From: Clostridia bacterium
Lineage (GTDB): Bacteria; Bacillota; Clostridia; Monoglobales; Firm-18
Reading direction: 5' to 3'
Length of the DNA: 64,000 bases
Assembly (NCBI GenBank): GCA_045660545.1
Contig: JAZREA010000026.1
Coordinates: 12,561-76,560, forward strand
Part shown: piece after piece, positions 1-10,320 of the stretch
Position numbering within the stretch: position 1 is the stretch's first letter
Layout of the letters: each line of letters opens with the position of its first letter
The notes under the pieces: generated by a model
Told to the model about the DNA's origin: nothing
Seen by the model: the letters and a program-made list of their open reading frames with translations, nothing else
Database searches by the model: none
Program-made: the position numbers and the translations under genes

Positions 1-452
1 GTGTCAAAGCGCCTGCCCAGGTCGGGACGGGTTAAATATTCGTCCTTGTCCTTGCAAAGAGTTTGTACAAAGACAAACTTGTTTTTCTCTATAAACTCCT
101 CGGACACGTCGTTAAATATTGTGTCCTGTGCGGCGGCGTGGTCAGCCCTCATTCTAAGCTGAGTTTTTGTCATGTACCTTGCGCCCGCGTGCCCGACCCC
201 AAGCCTTGCGGGGGTCTTTGACTTCATCTTTAAATATTCGTCTTTGTTTTTAGGGCTTTTTACCAAAAGAAGCTTTTTAAGCTCTATCTTTGTAATGTCT
301 TCTATAAAGCCCGCTTCACCCTCGGTATGTGTAGGCTCACTAATTGGCTCGGTGTTCATGTTTTTAGTAACGTGTGGCTTTTGCGGGCTTTCTTTTAACA
401 CCATATCGTTTACCATATCTTCAATAAGCTTTCGAAGCTCGGTTTCAATCAT
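1..452 (-). CDS. eutC: ethanolamine ammonia-lyase small subunit EutC (3' end runs off window)
   Basis: Absent from ORF track because it is cut by the window edge. Translation from ATG at 452 gives MIETELRKLIEDM...TPARLGVGHAGARYMTKTQLRMRADHAAAQD, the conserved EutC core. Lies directly downstream of eutB. Confidence 0.85.
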   Translation of the reverse strand, partial: MIETELRKLIEDMVNDMVLKESPQKPHVTKNMNTEPISEPTHTEGEAGFIEDITKIELKKLLLVKSPKNKDEYLKMKSKTPARLGVGHAGARYMTKTQLRMRADHAAAQDTIFNDVSEEFIEKNKFVFVQTLCKDKDEYLTRPDLGRRFD

Positions 453-475
453 CTTTTCATATCCTTTCTTTAAGA

Positions 476-1840
476 TTAAAATAGAACGGACGCATCTCCT
501 GCGAGTGCGGTAAGCTTGCCCTCCTCAGTTACAAACCCCATCTTTACAAGCCATTCGTGGAAAGGCTTTATAGCCGTAAGACCAAACATTTCTCTTAAAG
601 CTGCGGTCTCGTGGTATCCTGTTGTCTGGTAGTTTAGCATAACGTCGTCGCCGTGTGGGATTCCCATAAAGTAGTTGCATCCCGCGCTTGTCAGCAGCAC
701 GGCTAAGTCCTCGATGGTGTTTTGGTCCGCTTTCATATGATTGGTGTAACAAGCGTCGCATCCCATAGGTATTCCTGTAAGCTTGCCCATAAAGTGGTCT
801 TCAAGCCCCGCGCGGCTTACCTGCCTGCCGTCGTACAGATATTCAGGCCCGATAAATCCGACTACCGTGTTTACAAGGAATGGTTCAAAGCGCTTTGCAA
901 AGCCGTAGCACCTTGCCTCCATAGTAACCTGGTCTGTGTCGTAGTGTGCCTCGGAGGAAAGCTCCGAGCCTTGTCCTGTTTCAAAGTACATTACGTTAGG
1001 GCCTTTGGCAGTACCTTCTGTCAGCGCTATGTTGCGTGCCTCTTCAAGCGTCTTTGCGTTAAAACCAAACGCAGTGTTGCCAAGCTCACTTCCCGCAATC
1101 GACTGGAAAATCAGGTCAGAAGGCGCTCCCCTTTTAATAGAGTCCATCTGCGTAGTTACGTGCGCCAGTACGCATGTCTGCGTGGGTATATTGAATTTTT
1201 GTTTTGTTTCTTCAAATCTGTTTAGGATTCTTGATACGCTCTCTACCGAGTCGTCAACGGGGTTGAGTCCTAAGACTGCGTCCCCGATTCCGTATGTCAG
1301 CCCTTCTAAGAGCGATATAGTTATTCCGTCGGGGTCGTCGGTCGGGTGGTTGGGCTGCAACCTTGCCGAAAGGGTACCTCTCTCGCCGATTGTTGTGTTG
1401 CAGTGTGCGGTTATGCTGATTTTACGAGCCGCATATATAAGGTCCATGTTTGACATAAGCTTTGCGACCGCCGCCACCATCTCGGACGTCAGCCCTCTTG
1501 ATATACGCTTAATCATATCTTCTGTGGTGTCTTCACAAAGTATCCACTCTCTTAGCTCGCCTACTGTCATGTCCTTAATTTCGTTGTAAATTTTAAGGTT
1601 GACGTCGTCAATTATAATCCTTGTTACCTCGTCTTGCTCGTATGGTACGGCGGGGTTTTCGAACAAATCTTTAAGCCTTATTTCCGAAAGTACAACCTTT
1701 GCCGCCACTCTTTCCTCGGCAGTTTCGGCGGCGATTTTAGCCAGCTTGTCGCCCGATTTTTCTTCGTTTGCCTTTGCCATAACCTCTTTTAAGCTTTTAA
1801 ATTCATAAGTATGACCAAAGAGCTTTGTTCTTAAAATCAT
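476..1840 (-). CDS. eutB: ethanolamine ammonia-lyase large subunit EutB
   Basis: ORF 476..1849. N-terminus ILRTKLFGHTYEFKSLKEVMAKANEEKSGD is typical of EutB. ATG at 1840 has AAGGAG about 8 nt upstream, so it is preferred over the GTG at 1849. Confidence 0.93.
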   Translation of the reverse strand: MILRTKLFGHTYEFKSLKEVMAKANEEKSGDKLAKIAAETAEERVAAKVVLSEIRLKDLFENPAVPYEQDEVTRIIIDDVNLKIYNEIKDMTVGELREWILCEDTTEDMIKRISRGLTSEMVAAVAKLMSNMDLIYAARKISITAHCNTTIGERGTLSARLQPNHPTDDPDGITISLLEGLTYGIGDAVLGLNPVDDSVESVSRILNRFEETKQKFNIPTQTCVLAHVTTQMDSIKRGAPSDLIFQSIAGSELGNTAFGFNAKTLEEARNIALTEGTAKGPNVMYFETGQGSELSSEAHYDTDQVTMEARCYGFAKRFEPFLVNTVVGFIGPEYLYDGRQVSRAGLEDHFMGKLTGIPMGCDACYTNHMKADQNTIEDLAVLLTSAGCNYFMGIPHGDDVMLNYQTTGYHETAALREMFGLTAIKPFHEWLVKMGFVTEEGKLTALAGDASVLF

Positions 1841-1853
1841 TAAATACACTCCT

Positions 1854-3239
1854 TTAATTAAAAACTAATGTCTTAATCACAACTGCAATTGCGCTACCGT
1901 CCGCAACAGGATTTCCGATATCTATATAATCGCCGTTAGCAAGAGAAATTCCGTCAATACATATAATAGATTTTTTAAGCCTTATTTTTAGCGCTTGTCC
2001 AAGCGCCTTTGCGATGTCGTTTTCGGTAACAATAACCAATGGGTCCAGATTTGAAACCGAGCTTGCAATGCAGTCTGCGTACTTGTTAATTTCGTCAAAT
2101 GTTGGTGGTTTTACTCCCTCAAAGGCGATTGCAAGAGTGTCAATACTGCTCTGCGTTTTGTACCAGTCGATTTTCTTTTTCAAAGCCTCGTCAAGATGAT
2201 TTTCGTCCTCCGGGGTAAGCTTTAATACAGGCAGGTTTTTTATGGGTAACAGCTCTTTTGCGTACTCAATTGTGCTGCCGCTTATCTCTGTTGTGTGTAT
2301 GCCTGCCCCTACGACTGTTGCGCGTATCGTTTCTTCGCCTTTTATAAGCTCGTATTTGTCTTTGAATGACGAGCAAAATATCGCCTTGCCCAAGAAAACC
2401 CCTATGTCACCGTACTTATACAGCTCGTTGTATTCCTGCTTGTAAACGTAATCGGACACACCGCCTGAGAAGCTTATGCAGTCAATTTTGTGGTCGGGTA
2501 AAATCCCCTTGTTTGTGACGAATGTGTCAAAGAGAGCGTCCCTTTTTAGTATGTTTGCGCCTTGCAGTAGCGCGGCTACCATAACGTCCGTTACTCTTTT
2601 TGCCTTTTCCTCGTCCAGCGTGTCGCCCACCTCGATAGAGGGGACAGCCCTTTTGACCTTTTCAGATATATAGGTAATCTTTTTGTCTTTATCTATCTTT
2701 ACAAGACGCCCGCCGACGTCCATGCACCCTGTGTCGATAACCTCGCCGTCTTTAAAGAGGGCAAAGTTGCTTGTGCCGCCGCCTACGTCGATGTTCAGTA
2801 CCGACTTTTTGTGCTTTTTTGAATATTCGCAGGCACCTGCACCTTTTCCTGATATGATGCTCTCAAGGTCCGGCCCCGCTGTCGCTACGACAAAGTCGCC
2901 TGCAAATCCGCTGAGCGTCTGCAATACTTCGCTCGCGTTTTCCTTTCTTGCTGTCTCTCCCGTTATGATAACGGCGCCTGTGTCGATTTGCTCCTTCTTT
3001 ACGCCTGCACGGTGATACTCGTTTTCGATAATCGTTTTAATCGCGTCGCAGTCGATTGTTGAGCGGTTTAGAAGAGGGGTAAAGTATATAAGGCTTTTGT
3101 ATGCAATCTTTTTGTCAGTTATGGCAATCTTAGGTACCGAAAAGCCCGCTGCCGTGTTTTTTACTGTGATTTTAGAAAACACAAGCTGGGTTGTACTGGT
3201 GCCGATGTCGATTCCTACGCTTAATAGTTCCTGTTCCAA
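1854..3239 (-). CDS. eutA: ethanolamine utilization reactivase EutA
   Basis: 461 aa with an actin/Hsp70-like ATPase start (LLSVGIDIGTSTTQLVFS) and a second DVGGGTSN motif. Positioned immediately upstream of eutB. Confidence 0.9.
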   Translation of the reverse strand: MEQELLSVGIDIGTSTTQLVFSKITVKNTAAGFSVPKIAITDKKIAYKSLIYFTPLLNRSTIDCDAIKTIIENEYHRAGVKKEQIDTGAVIITGETARKENASEVLQTLSGFAGDFVVATAGPDLESIISGKGAGACEYSKKHKKSVLNIDVGGGTSNFALFKDGEVIDTGCMDVGGRLVKIDKDKKITYISEKVKRAVPSIEVGDTLDEEKAKRVTDVMVAALLQGANILKRDALFDTFVTNKGILPDHKIDCISFSGGVSDYVYKQEYNELYKYGDIGVFLGKAIFCSSFKDKYELIKGEETIRATVVGAGIHTTEISGSTIEYAKELLPIKNLPVLKLTPEDENHLDEALKKKIDWYKTQSSIDTLAIAFEGVKPPTFDEINKYADCIASSVSNLDPLVIVTENDIAKALGQALKIRLKKSIICIDGISLANGDYIDIGNPVADGSAIAVVIKTLVFN

Positions 3240-3249
3240 ATTTACACCC

Positions 3250-4356
3250 CTAACGTATGTTGTTTATAATATCAATAATGTCTTTTTTGCTTACAGGCTG
3301 AGGGTTTGTTTTTATGCATGCATCTTTTAGTGCGCCCTGCGCAATCTCCTCTGCAATGTGTGCGTCCGGATTAATTCCTGCAAGAGAAAGCTTCGTTGGA
3401 ATACATAGAGATTTTAAAAGTCCCTCAATCTTGCGAACCAGCCCTCTTACAAGGATTTTTGTGCTTGTGCCGCTGACTCCCATAAGCCTTGCTATGTTTT
3501 CGTACCTTTTTGCACACGGGTTTTCTGTTTTACTGTTGTAGTCGTAGATGCCGCTGTTAAATTTAATAACTTCTGTAAGAAGCATCCCGTTAATTCTGCC
3601 GTGAGGAATTTTCAGCCTGCCGCCAGTGTTGTGTGCTATCGCGTGGTTTAGCCCCAATGAAGCACTGTTAAAAGCAAGACCTGCCATTAATGAGGCTGTG
3701 TGCATATTTTCCTTTGCGACCATATCTCCGTTATAGGATTTTAATAGGTTGTTACAAACCAGCACAATCGCTTCTTTGGCAAACGCGTCGGAAAATTCGT
3801 TGGCGTTTTTGGAAACATACGCTTCGATGGCATGCGTAAGAACGTCTATCCCCGTGTCCGCAACAACAGCCTTTGGCACTGTTTTTACAAACTCCGTTTC
3901 CAATATTGCAACATCAGGTATCATTTTGTTCGACACCAGAGGATATTTAATACCTTTTTCCTTGTCGGTAATTACCGAAAACGATGTAACCTCCGACCCT
4001 GTGCCGCTCGTGGTCGGAATCGCGACAAATTTAACATCATCGAGTTTGGCGTATAAAATAACAGCCTTTGCAGTGTCGATTGCAGAGCCGCCACCTATCG
4101 CTATGATACAGTCGGGCTTGTAGCCGGAAATTTCTTTAATTCCGGCTGCTACGGTCTGTAAAGGCGGGTCGGGCACAATGTCAGAAAAGATTTTGTAATC
4201 CTTGCCACCGAGTTGCTCCGTAATGTTGTTGATTAGTCCTCCCGACACAATAAAAGGGTCTGCAAAGATAAAAAACTTCTTTGCTTTTAGGTATCTTAAA
4301 TACGAAACAGCTCCGCTCCCAAATACGATTTCAGGCTTTAATGCGAATGTTTTCAT
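3250..4356 (-). CDS. iron-containing alcohol dehydrogenase (EutG-like)
   Basis: Fe-ADH motifs GGGSAIDTAKA and PTTSGTGSEVT with His-rich C-terminal half. ATG at 4356 sits behind a GGAGTGG SD. Co-oriented with eutABC. Confidence 0.85.
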   Translation of the reverse strand: MKTFALKPEIVFGSGAVSYLRYLKAKKFFIFADPFIVSGGLINNITEQLGGKDYKIFSDIVPDPPLQTVAAGIKEISGYKPDCIIAIGGGSAIDTAKAVILYAKLDDVKFVAIPTTSGTGSEVTSFSVITDKEKGIKYPLVSNKMIPDVAILETEFVKTVPKAVVADTGIDVLTHAIEAYVSKNANEFSDAFAKEAIVLVCNNLLKSYNGDMVAKENMHTASLMAGLAFNSASLGLNHAIAHNTGGRLKIPHGRINGMLLTEVIKFNSGIYDYNSKTENPCAKRYENIARLMGVSGTSTKILVRGLVRKIEGLLKSLCIPTKLSLAGINPDAHIAEEIAQGALKDACIKTNPQPVSKKDIIDIINNIR

Positions 4357-4548
4357 GTTATAATCCACTCCTATACATAAAGTATAATTTGTTATTTTTT
4401 CAAAAAATATTCACAATATGTTAATCTTGTATGCTGATTTTTGCTGATTAAGCAACAACTCCCCCGCCTTATATAAAGGAGGGGGAGGAATAAAAAACAT
4501 ACACCGCAAAATCACTCCATATACTGTAATGAAAAAGGAGGCTTATAT

Positions 4549-4965
4549 ATGAACTATCAGGCTGTTACAACAGATAAAAACACAGTAGGCTTTAAGCTTT
4601 TAGACGTTTTGAAAAACATACTGATAAGCTACGGATTGACATTGGTTTTTCTTTTGATATTCGCGTTTGTAATTACATATACCGACTTTCCGACAGGCGC
4701 CATATCACCCGTTGTGGTTGTAATCACGCTTTTGAGTGTAATGCTCTCAGGTATACTCGGAGGTAAAAAGGCGTCGCAAAAAGGCTGGCTTACGGGCAGC
4801 ATTTCGGGCCTTTTTTATATGTTCATACTGTATTTAATAGGCGGTATAGTTTTTAAAGACTTCACGCTTGGTGCAAATTCTGTTTTGATGATGCTTGGAG
4901 GCGTGCTAAGCGGAATAGCTGGCGGGATTATCGGAATTAATAACAAAAGCACCCGCAGAAGATAG
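4549..4965 (+). CDS. small integral membrane protein (TIGR04086-like, about 4 TM)
   Basis: 138 aa behind a strong AAAGGAGG RBS. Multiple hydrophobic helices. Family assignment is from memory only. Confidence 0.6.
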   Translation: MNYQAVTTDKNTVGFKLLDVLKNILISYGLTLVFLLIFAFVITYTDFPTGAISPVVVVITLLSVMLSGILGGKKASQKGWLTGSISGLFYMFILYLIGGIVFKDFTLGANSVLMMLGGVLSGIAGGIIGINNKSTRRR

Positions 4966-5019
4966 ATTCTGCATATCTTGATTTTATAAGGCTTTTTGGC
5001 ACAAAATGTTGTATAAGTC

Positions 5020-5048
5020 TTGACTATTTCTCCCAAAAGTACTATAAT
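5020..5048 (+). promoter_or_regulatory. sigma-A type promoter upstream of secD
   Basis: TTGACT (5020-5025), 17-nt spacer, TATAAT (5043-5048), about 35 nt before the secD RBS. Confidence 0.55.
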
Positions 5049-5081
5049 AACTGTATGTGATTTATTAAGGAGGAATAGCAA

Positions 5082-6383
5082 ATGACATCTAAGTCTAAAA
5101 GCCTTACAAAGCTTATGGTATCAGTAATTGTTATTATTGCTCTTAGCTATGTGGCTTTATTCGGAGTTTCACTTGGCGACAACTTTGTCGGCGGTGTACT
5201 TCAAACTGAAAAGTCGGGCATCAAGCTTGGTTTCGACCTTAGCGGTGGCTCGGTTATTACTTACGAGGCGGACGCAGCTTCAGTTTCAGATTCTGAAATG
5301 AATACTGCTGTTAACATGCTTCAGACAAGGCTTACAAACCTTGGTTATACAGAAGCCACTGTTGCAAAACAGGGCGACAAAAGAATCAGGATTGAAATTC
5401 CTGACGTTTCCAACGACGAGGCCGTTGAAAAGCTCGGCACACCGGGAAAGCTTACTTTCCGTAACGGTGCGGGCGAGGTCCTGATGGAAGGTACAGACGA
5501 GTTTATTAAAGACGCGGCTGCTGAATACAACACTGAACAAGGCTATTTTGTAAGCCTTGAGTTTACAAAGGCGGGACAGGATAAGTTTGCGGCGGCAACT
5601 GCTGCTGTTTACGGCAAAGAGGACCCAAGAATTTATATCTACCTTGACGAAGAAGTACAGTCTGCTCCTACTGTTCAGCAGGTTATAAACGACACTTCGT
5701 GCGTAATTACAGGTGATTTTACAAGCGAGCAGGTTAACTGGCTTGCCAACACAATCAAGGAAGGCCAGATGCCCTTTGCCCTTACTTTAAGGTCTACAAG
5801 CAGCGTTAGTGCAACACTTGGCGAGAAGGCTCTTTCAACAAGTATGGCAGCTTGCGGAATCGGTATTCTTCTGGTTATGCTGTTTATGCTTATATTCTAC
5901 AGAATTCCGGGCCTTATTGCTGACGTAGCGCTTTTGGGATACATTTCAGTACTCGCTCTTATACTTTGCGAGTTTGAGTCTATTACAGGCGGCTCGGTTA
6001 TCAACCTTACCCTGCCGGGAATAGCGGGTATCGTGCTCGGCGTAGGTATGGCGGTTGATGCTAACGTAATTATTTTCGAAAGAATTAAAGAGGAACTTTC
6101 GCTTGGTAAGACCGTTGGCGCTGCAACTGAATCAGCTTTCAAAAGAGCGTTCACTGCCATCTTAGACGGTAACGTAACAACATTCATAGTAGCAGTTATA
6201 CTCTTTGCACTTGGAACAGGTACTATCAAGGGCTTTGCTATTACACTTGGCCTTGGTATCATAATCAGTATGCTGTCAGCTGTTGTAGTTACACGCTTTA
6301 TGTTAAAGGCACTTATCGGGCTTAACATCAGAAACCCTAAGCTTTACGGTGCTTCATTGAGAGGGGGCAAGAAAGATGCTTAA
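5082..6383 (+). CDS. secD: protein translocase subunit SecD
   Basis: 433 aa with N-terminal TM, periplasmic-type domain, and a C-terminal 5-TM block (GIAGIVLGVGMAVDANVIIFERIKEE). Confidence 0.92.
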   Translation: MTSKSKSLTKLMVSVIVIIALSYVALFGVSLGDNFVGGVLQTEKSGIKLGFDLSGGSVITYEADAASVSDSEMNTAVNMLQTRLTNLGYTEATVAKQGDKRIRIEIPDVSNDEAVEKLGTPGKLTFRNGAGEVLMEGTDEFIKDAAAEYNTEQGYFVSLEFTKAGQDKFAAATAAVYGKEDPRIYIYLDEEVQSAPTVQQVINDTSCVITGDFTSEQVNWLANTIKEGQMPFALTLRSTSSVSATLGEKALSTSMAACGIGILLVMLFMLIFYRIPGLIADVALLGYISVLALILCEFESITGGSVINLTLPGIAGIVLGVGMAVDANVIIFERIKEELSLGKTVGAATESAFKRAFTAILDGNVTTFIVAVILFALGTGTIKGFAITLGLGIIISMLSAVVVTRFMLKALIGLNIRNPKLYGASLRGGKKDA

Positions 6384-7269
6384 TGTTATTAAATCAAAGA
6401 CGATTTGTTTTGCTGTTTCTATTGCCATAATTGTTGCGGGTATTGTTTGCTATTTTGTAAACGACGGCTTTAACCTCGATATCGACTTTACAGGTGGCAC
6501 AACCATTACAGTTGATATGCAGGGTAAAGAATATGCTGTTTCCGATGTAGAAGCTCTTATTGATGACACACTCGGCTATCCGGCTTCAAGCGTTCAGAAT
6601 TCTGACGGCAGCGTTATCATAAGCATCAGCACTCCAAAGACTGTTAACGATAATGCGGCTCTTTCAACTGATGACCGTGTTAAGCTTTTTAACGCAATAA
6701 AGGACAAGTATTCTCTTACAGAAGAGGCTCTTACAGACTACGACAGTATCGACGCTACAATCGGCGACGAGCTTAAAAGCAGCGCTATCTTGTCTTGTGT
6801 AATTGCACTTATCCTGATGCTTTGCTACATTTCAGTTAGGTTTGAATTCTTCTCAGGTATAGCTGCTGTTTTGTCGCTTTTGCATAACGTTTTGGTTTTG
6901 CTCAGCGTTTATGCTATATTCCAGCTTAACATCAACACAACATTCATCGCCGCTATCCTTACGATAGTTGGTTATTCTATCAACGATACAATCGTTACCT
7001 TCGACAGAATAAGAGAGATTAACCGCAAGGTCAGAAAGACTCCTTTTGATGTAATAGTTAATAAGGGCGTTAATGAAACAGTTGTTCGTTCGATTAATAC
7101 ATCTGTTACAACCTTGCTTACAATCGTACTTTTGTACATCGTTGGTGTAGAATCTATAAAAGAGTTTGCTTTCCCGATAATAATCGGTATAATCGTAGGA
7201 ACATATTCCTCAATATTTATTGCAAGCCCGATTTGGGAACTCTTCAAGGGTAACAAGAAGGCTGCATAA
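6376..7269 (+). CDS. secF: protein translocase subunit SecF
   Basis: 297 aa, overlaps the secD stop. Carries the SecF motif GYSINDTIVTFDRIRE. Confidence 0.92.
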   Translation: MLNVIKSKTICFAVSIAIIVAGIVCYFVNDGFNLDIDFTGGTTITVDMQGKEYAVSDVEALIDDTLGYPASSVQNSDGSVIISISTPKTVNDNAALSTDDRVKLFNAIKDKYSLTEEALTDYDSIDATIGDELKSSAILSCVIALILMLCYISVRFEFFSGIAAVLSLLHNVLVLLSVYAIFQLNINTTFIAAILTIVGYSINDTIVTFDRIREINRKVRKTPFDVIVNKGVNETVVRSINTSVTTLLTIVLLYIVGVESIKEFAFPIIIGIIVGTYSSIFIASPIWELFKGNKKAA

Positions 7270-7283
7270 CAGCTTTAATTTTT

Positions 7284-7314
7284 AAAAAAAGGGACCTTTT
7301 TAGGTCCCTTTTTC
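7284..7314. terminator. bidirectional rho-independent terminator (secF / recN convergent)
   Basis: A-run, GGGACC, 6-nt loop, GGTCCC, T-run, between convergent genes. Confidence 0.75.
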
Positions 7315-7318
7315 TTTG

Positions 7319-8995
7319 CTATTTTTTAGTTCTGATTTCAGTTGCCTGCTTAATCATTTCCGCCGCCGCTTCAAGCGTTGTGGCGGTTATTTGTGCCCCG
7401 CCGATTATACGCGCAAGCTCGCTCTGGCGTTGTTTGTCATCAAGCGTTTTAACGTCCGTAAAGGTGCTTTGGTTGTCCATCGACTTTTCGATTAAAAAGT
7501 GTGTGTCTGCCATAGCAGCAATCTGTGCTAAATGAGTGATGCAAAGGACTTGCTTGTTTTTAGAAATCTTGTTGATTTTTTCTGCAATCTTTTGCGCAGC
7601 TCTGCCGCTGACGCCGGTGTCAATTTCGTCAAATATAAGCGTGTCGACAGGGTCAGTGTTTGCAAAAATCGTCTTTATCGCAAGCATAATTCTTGACATC
7701 TCGCCGCCGGAAGCTATTTTGGAAAGTGGCTTTAACGGCTCACCTGCGTTTACAGAGATTAAAAACTCTACTTCGTCGCAGCCGTTGGTGTTGAAGTTGC
7801 CTTCCCTGATGTCTACTGCAAACTTAACTCTCGACATATCAAGGTCTGCAAGCTCTTTTGCTATTTTGTCGCTAAGTTCTTCGGCAGCACTGCGCCTTAG
7901 TGAGGTAAGCGTGTCGGCGAGCTTTTTGCGTGCGATTTTTGCTATATCAAGCTCTTTTTTTAGCTTTGTTATCTCCTCGTCGCTTTGTATAATAGTCTTT
8001 AATTTTTCCTCGGTTTCGTCTTTGTATGTTAAAATATCTTCGATAGAGTTGCCGTATTTTCTTTTGAGAGCGTTAATGGTACCAAGCCTGTTTTCAATCT
8101 CGTCAAGCTCGCCCTCGTTGTAGCTTATAGAGTCTTTGTAGTCGCGAATCTGGTATATAACGTCGTCTAGGTCTATTGTTATACTGTTTAACCGTCCGTA
8201 TATTTCATCCAGCTTTTCGTCGTATTTGCTGACTGATATAAGCTCGTTTGCAGCACCCGACAAAACGTCGTACGCGTTGTTGTCGCTTTCGTACAAGACA
8301 CGGTGGGCGCTATTTATAGCTTCCGAGATTTTTTCCACACTGTTTAAGAACTTTCTGCGTTCCGCAAGCTTTTCGTCTTCACCTGCTACAAGGTTTGCGG
8401 CCTCGATTTCTCTGATCTGGAAGGTAAAGAGGTCAACTTGCCGTTCTTTTTCCTGCTCGTCAAATTGCAGGGAGTCTATCTTGTCCTGAAGATTTAAAAC
8501 CAGATTGTGTTCCTCGCGGTATGCGGCAAGGTCGCTCGAAATTTTGGCGTAGTCGTTTAAAAAATGTATGTGTGACGACGGAGAGAGCAAGGATAAGTTG
8601 TCTTGCTGACCGTGAATGTTTATAAGCATTTCTGCTATTTTTCTTATGTTCGACGCTGTAGTCATAGAGCCGTTGATTTTACATACACTTTTTCCGTCCG
8701 TGTTAATATCACGGTATAAAATTACTACGTTGTCTTCGGCCTCGACCCCAAGGTCAAAAAGCCTGTTTATAACTTCCTTGTTATCTATGTAAAACATGGC
8801 TTCCACAACAGCCTTCGACTCGCCGTTTCTGATAAGCGACTTGCTTGTGCGCTCGCCCAGAACCATATTGATAGAGTCTATTATAATTGACTTGCCGGCA
8901 CCGGTTTCGCCGGTAAGGACGTTGAATCCGTGTTTGAATTCAATTTCGGCTTCGTCAATAACTGCTATGTTTTTTATGTGTAGCCTTTCAAGCAT
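7319..8995 (-). CDS. recN: DNA repair protein RecN
   Basis: 558 aa. N-terminal Walker A (LTGETGAGKS), long coiled-coil, and C-terminal SMC signature (SGGEMSRIMLA...LIFDEIDTG). Confidence 0.95.
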   Translation of the reverse strand: MLERLHIKNIAVIDEAEIEFKHGFNVLTGETGAGKSIIIDSINMVLGERTSKSLIRNGESKAVVEAMFYIDNKEVINRLFDLGVEAEDNVVILYRDINTDGKSVCKINGSMTTASNIRKIAEMLINIHGQQDNLSLLSPSSHIHFLNDYAKISSDLAAYREEHNLVLNLQDKIDSLQFDEQEKERQVDLFTFQIREIEAANLVAGEDEKLAERRKFLNSVEKISEAINSAHRVLYESDNNAYDVLSGAANELISVSKYDEKLDEIYGRLNSITIDLDDVIYQIRDYKDSISYNEGELDEIENRLGTINALKRKYGNSIEDILTYKDETEEKLKTIIQSDEEITKLKKELDIAKIARKKLADTLTSLRRSAAEELSDKIAKELADLDMSRVKFAVDIREGNFNTNGCDEVEFLISVNAGEPLKPLSKIASGGEMSRIMLAIKTIFANTDPVDTLIFDEIDTGVSGRAAQKIAEKINKISKNKQVLCITHLAQIAAMADTHFLIEKSMDNQSTFTDVKTLDDKQRQSELARIIGGAQITATTLEAAAEMIKQATEIRTKK

Positions 8996-9006
8996 AAAAT
9001 CACCCT

Positions 9007-9459
9007 TTATTTAATCAACTGAGTAAGCTTTTCCTTTACTTCAAGCGCTTTTTGAGGTGTTTTGGTTATTATAAGCACTGTGTCGTCGCCTGCGATAGTG
9101 CCGATTACAGAGCTGTCTTCAAGCGAGTCGATAGCGGAGGCAGCAGCGTGTGCCGTACCGCTTAAAGTGTTTACTACCAGGAGGTTTTGAGCGTCTTCAA
9201 CCGATATAACGCTGTTGCTGAAAATATCAATCAGCTTAACAGAATAGTCCGTAGACACATCCTCGGGTATAACATACCTCATTACGCCGCTTATCGACTG
9301 TTTAACAAGGTTTAAGTCCCTTATGTCTCTTGACACCGTCGCCTGTGTAACGTTATATCCCATAGCGTTAAGCTTTTTTGCGATATCCTCCTGACGCTCT
9401 ATGCTTTCGGTTTTAATAAGCTCTAATATTTTCTTGTGGCGTTGTTTTTTAGTGTACAT
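9007..9459 (-). CDS. argR: arginine repressor ArgR/AhrC
   Basis: 150 aa with winged-helix N-terminus (QATVSRDIRDL) and C-terminal GTIAGDDT oligomerisation/arginine motif. Confidence 0.9.
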   Translation of the reverse strand: MYTKKQRHKKILELIKTESIERQEDIAKKLNAMGYNVTQATVSRDIRDLNLVKQSISGVMRYVIPEDVSTDYSVKLIDIFSNSVISVEDAQNLLVVNTLSGTAHAAASAIDSLEDSSVIGTIAGDDTVLIITKTPQKALEVKEKLTQLIK

Positions 9460-9462
9460 AGG

Positions 9463-10302
9463 TTATATTTCCTTTTCAAAGAATTTTTTCTTCAGCTTGT
9501 TGTAAAACGACTTTTCATCCTGTCTTATTGTGTTAAGATATCCGCCGTGTTCGATCTTGATTGTGTGAGCGCCCTCAAGCTCCGATACCATATTGCCGTC
9601 AACAGACAGCGCGCATTTGCTGTCAGCGTTGTTAATTTTAACTTCAATGTTAGCGTCCATCGGCACCACAATACTGCGAAGATGCAGATTGTGTGGGCAA
9701 ATCGGAGTAATTATAAATGCCTTTACAGACGGGTTAACAATAGGCCCGCCGGCAGACATTGAGTATGCGGTAGAACCGGAGGAGGTAGATATAATCAGCC
9801 CGTCGGCGCGGAACTTGTTCATCGACACCCCTTCAATTATAATCTCCGTGTCAATCATCTTAGGGGAAAAAGCTCTGTAAACAGTTACCTCGTTAATGCA
9901 AAGGCTGACGTCCTCGTGGTGCGTAACCTTTATAATTGGCAGCTTTTCAAGAATATATTTTCCTTCTAAAACCTTTAAAAGTCCGCTTTCCTCGTCGTGC
10001 TGTTCAAGCTCTGTTAAAAAGCCGATGTTGCCGTAGTTTATGCCTAAAACAGGCGTGTCTGTGTTGATATATTGCTTGCTGTGTGAAAGAAACGTTCCGT
10101 CCCCGCCGATTATAACCGCGAGGTCTACGTCCTTTTCTGTGGCTATGTCGACAAATTCTGCCTTAATCTTATACTGTTGCATATCTTTGCTCATAATAGG
10201 GGTTACGCCGTGTTTTGCAAGTATTTTAGCAACTTTTTTGGCGCCCTTTGCGTCCTTGTCTCGTTCTAAGTTTGTGATAACAACTGCCTTTTTCATAAGC
10301 AA
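9463..10302 (-). CDS. nadK: NAD kinase
   Basis: 279 aa with GGDGT motif (VIIGGDGTFL) and NAD-kinase C-terminal domain. Confidence 0.9.
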   Translation of the reverse strand: MLMKKAVVITNLERDKDAKGAKKVAKILAKHGVTPIMSKDMQQYKIKAEFVDIATEKDVDLAVIIGGDGTFLSHSKQYINTDTPVLGINYGNIGFLTELEQHDEESGLLKVLEGKYILEKLPIIKVTHHEDVSLCINEVTVYRAFSPKMIDTEIIIEGVSMNKFRADGLIISTSSGSTAYSMSAGGPIVNPSVKAFIITPICPHNLHLRSIVVPMDANIEVKINNADSKCALSVDGNMVSELEGAHTIKIEHGGYLNTIRQDEKSFYNKLKKKFFEKEI

Positions 10303-10320
10303 TCCACCTTTTAGTAATTA

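Noticed and set aside
4459-4487. CTCCCCC...GGGGGAG hairpin in the leader between the eut-associated ADH gene and the divergent membrane-protein gene; considered as terminator, ANTAR target or riboswitch
   Set aside because: No U-run on either strand, and no paired hexaloop hairpins of the ANTAR type. No cobalamin-riboswitch box was seen. Function cannot be supported.
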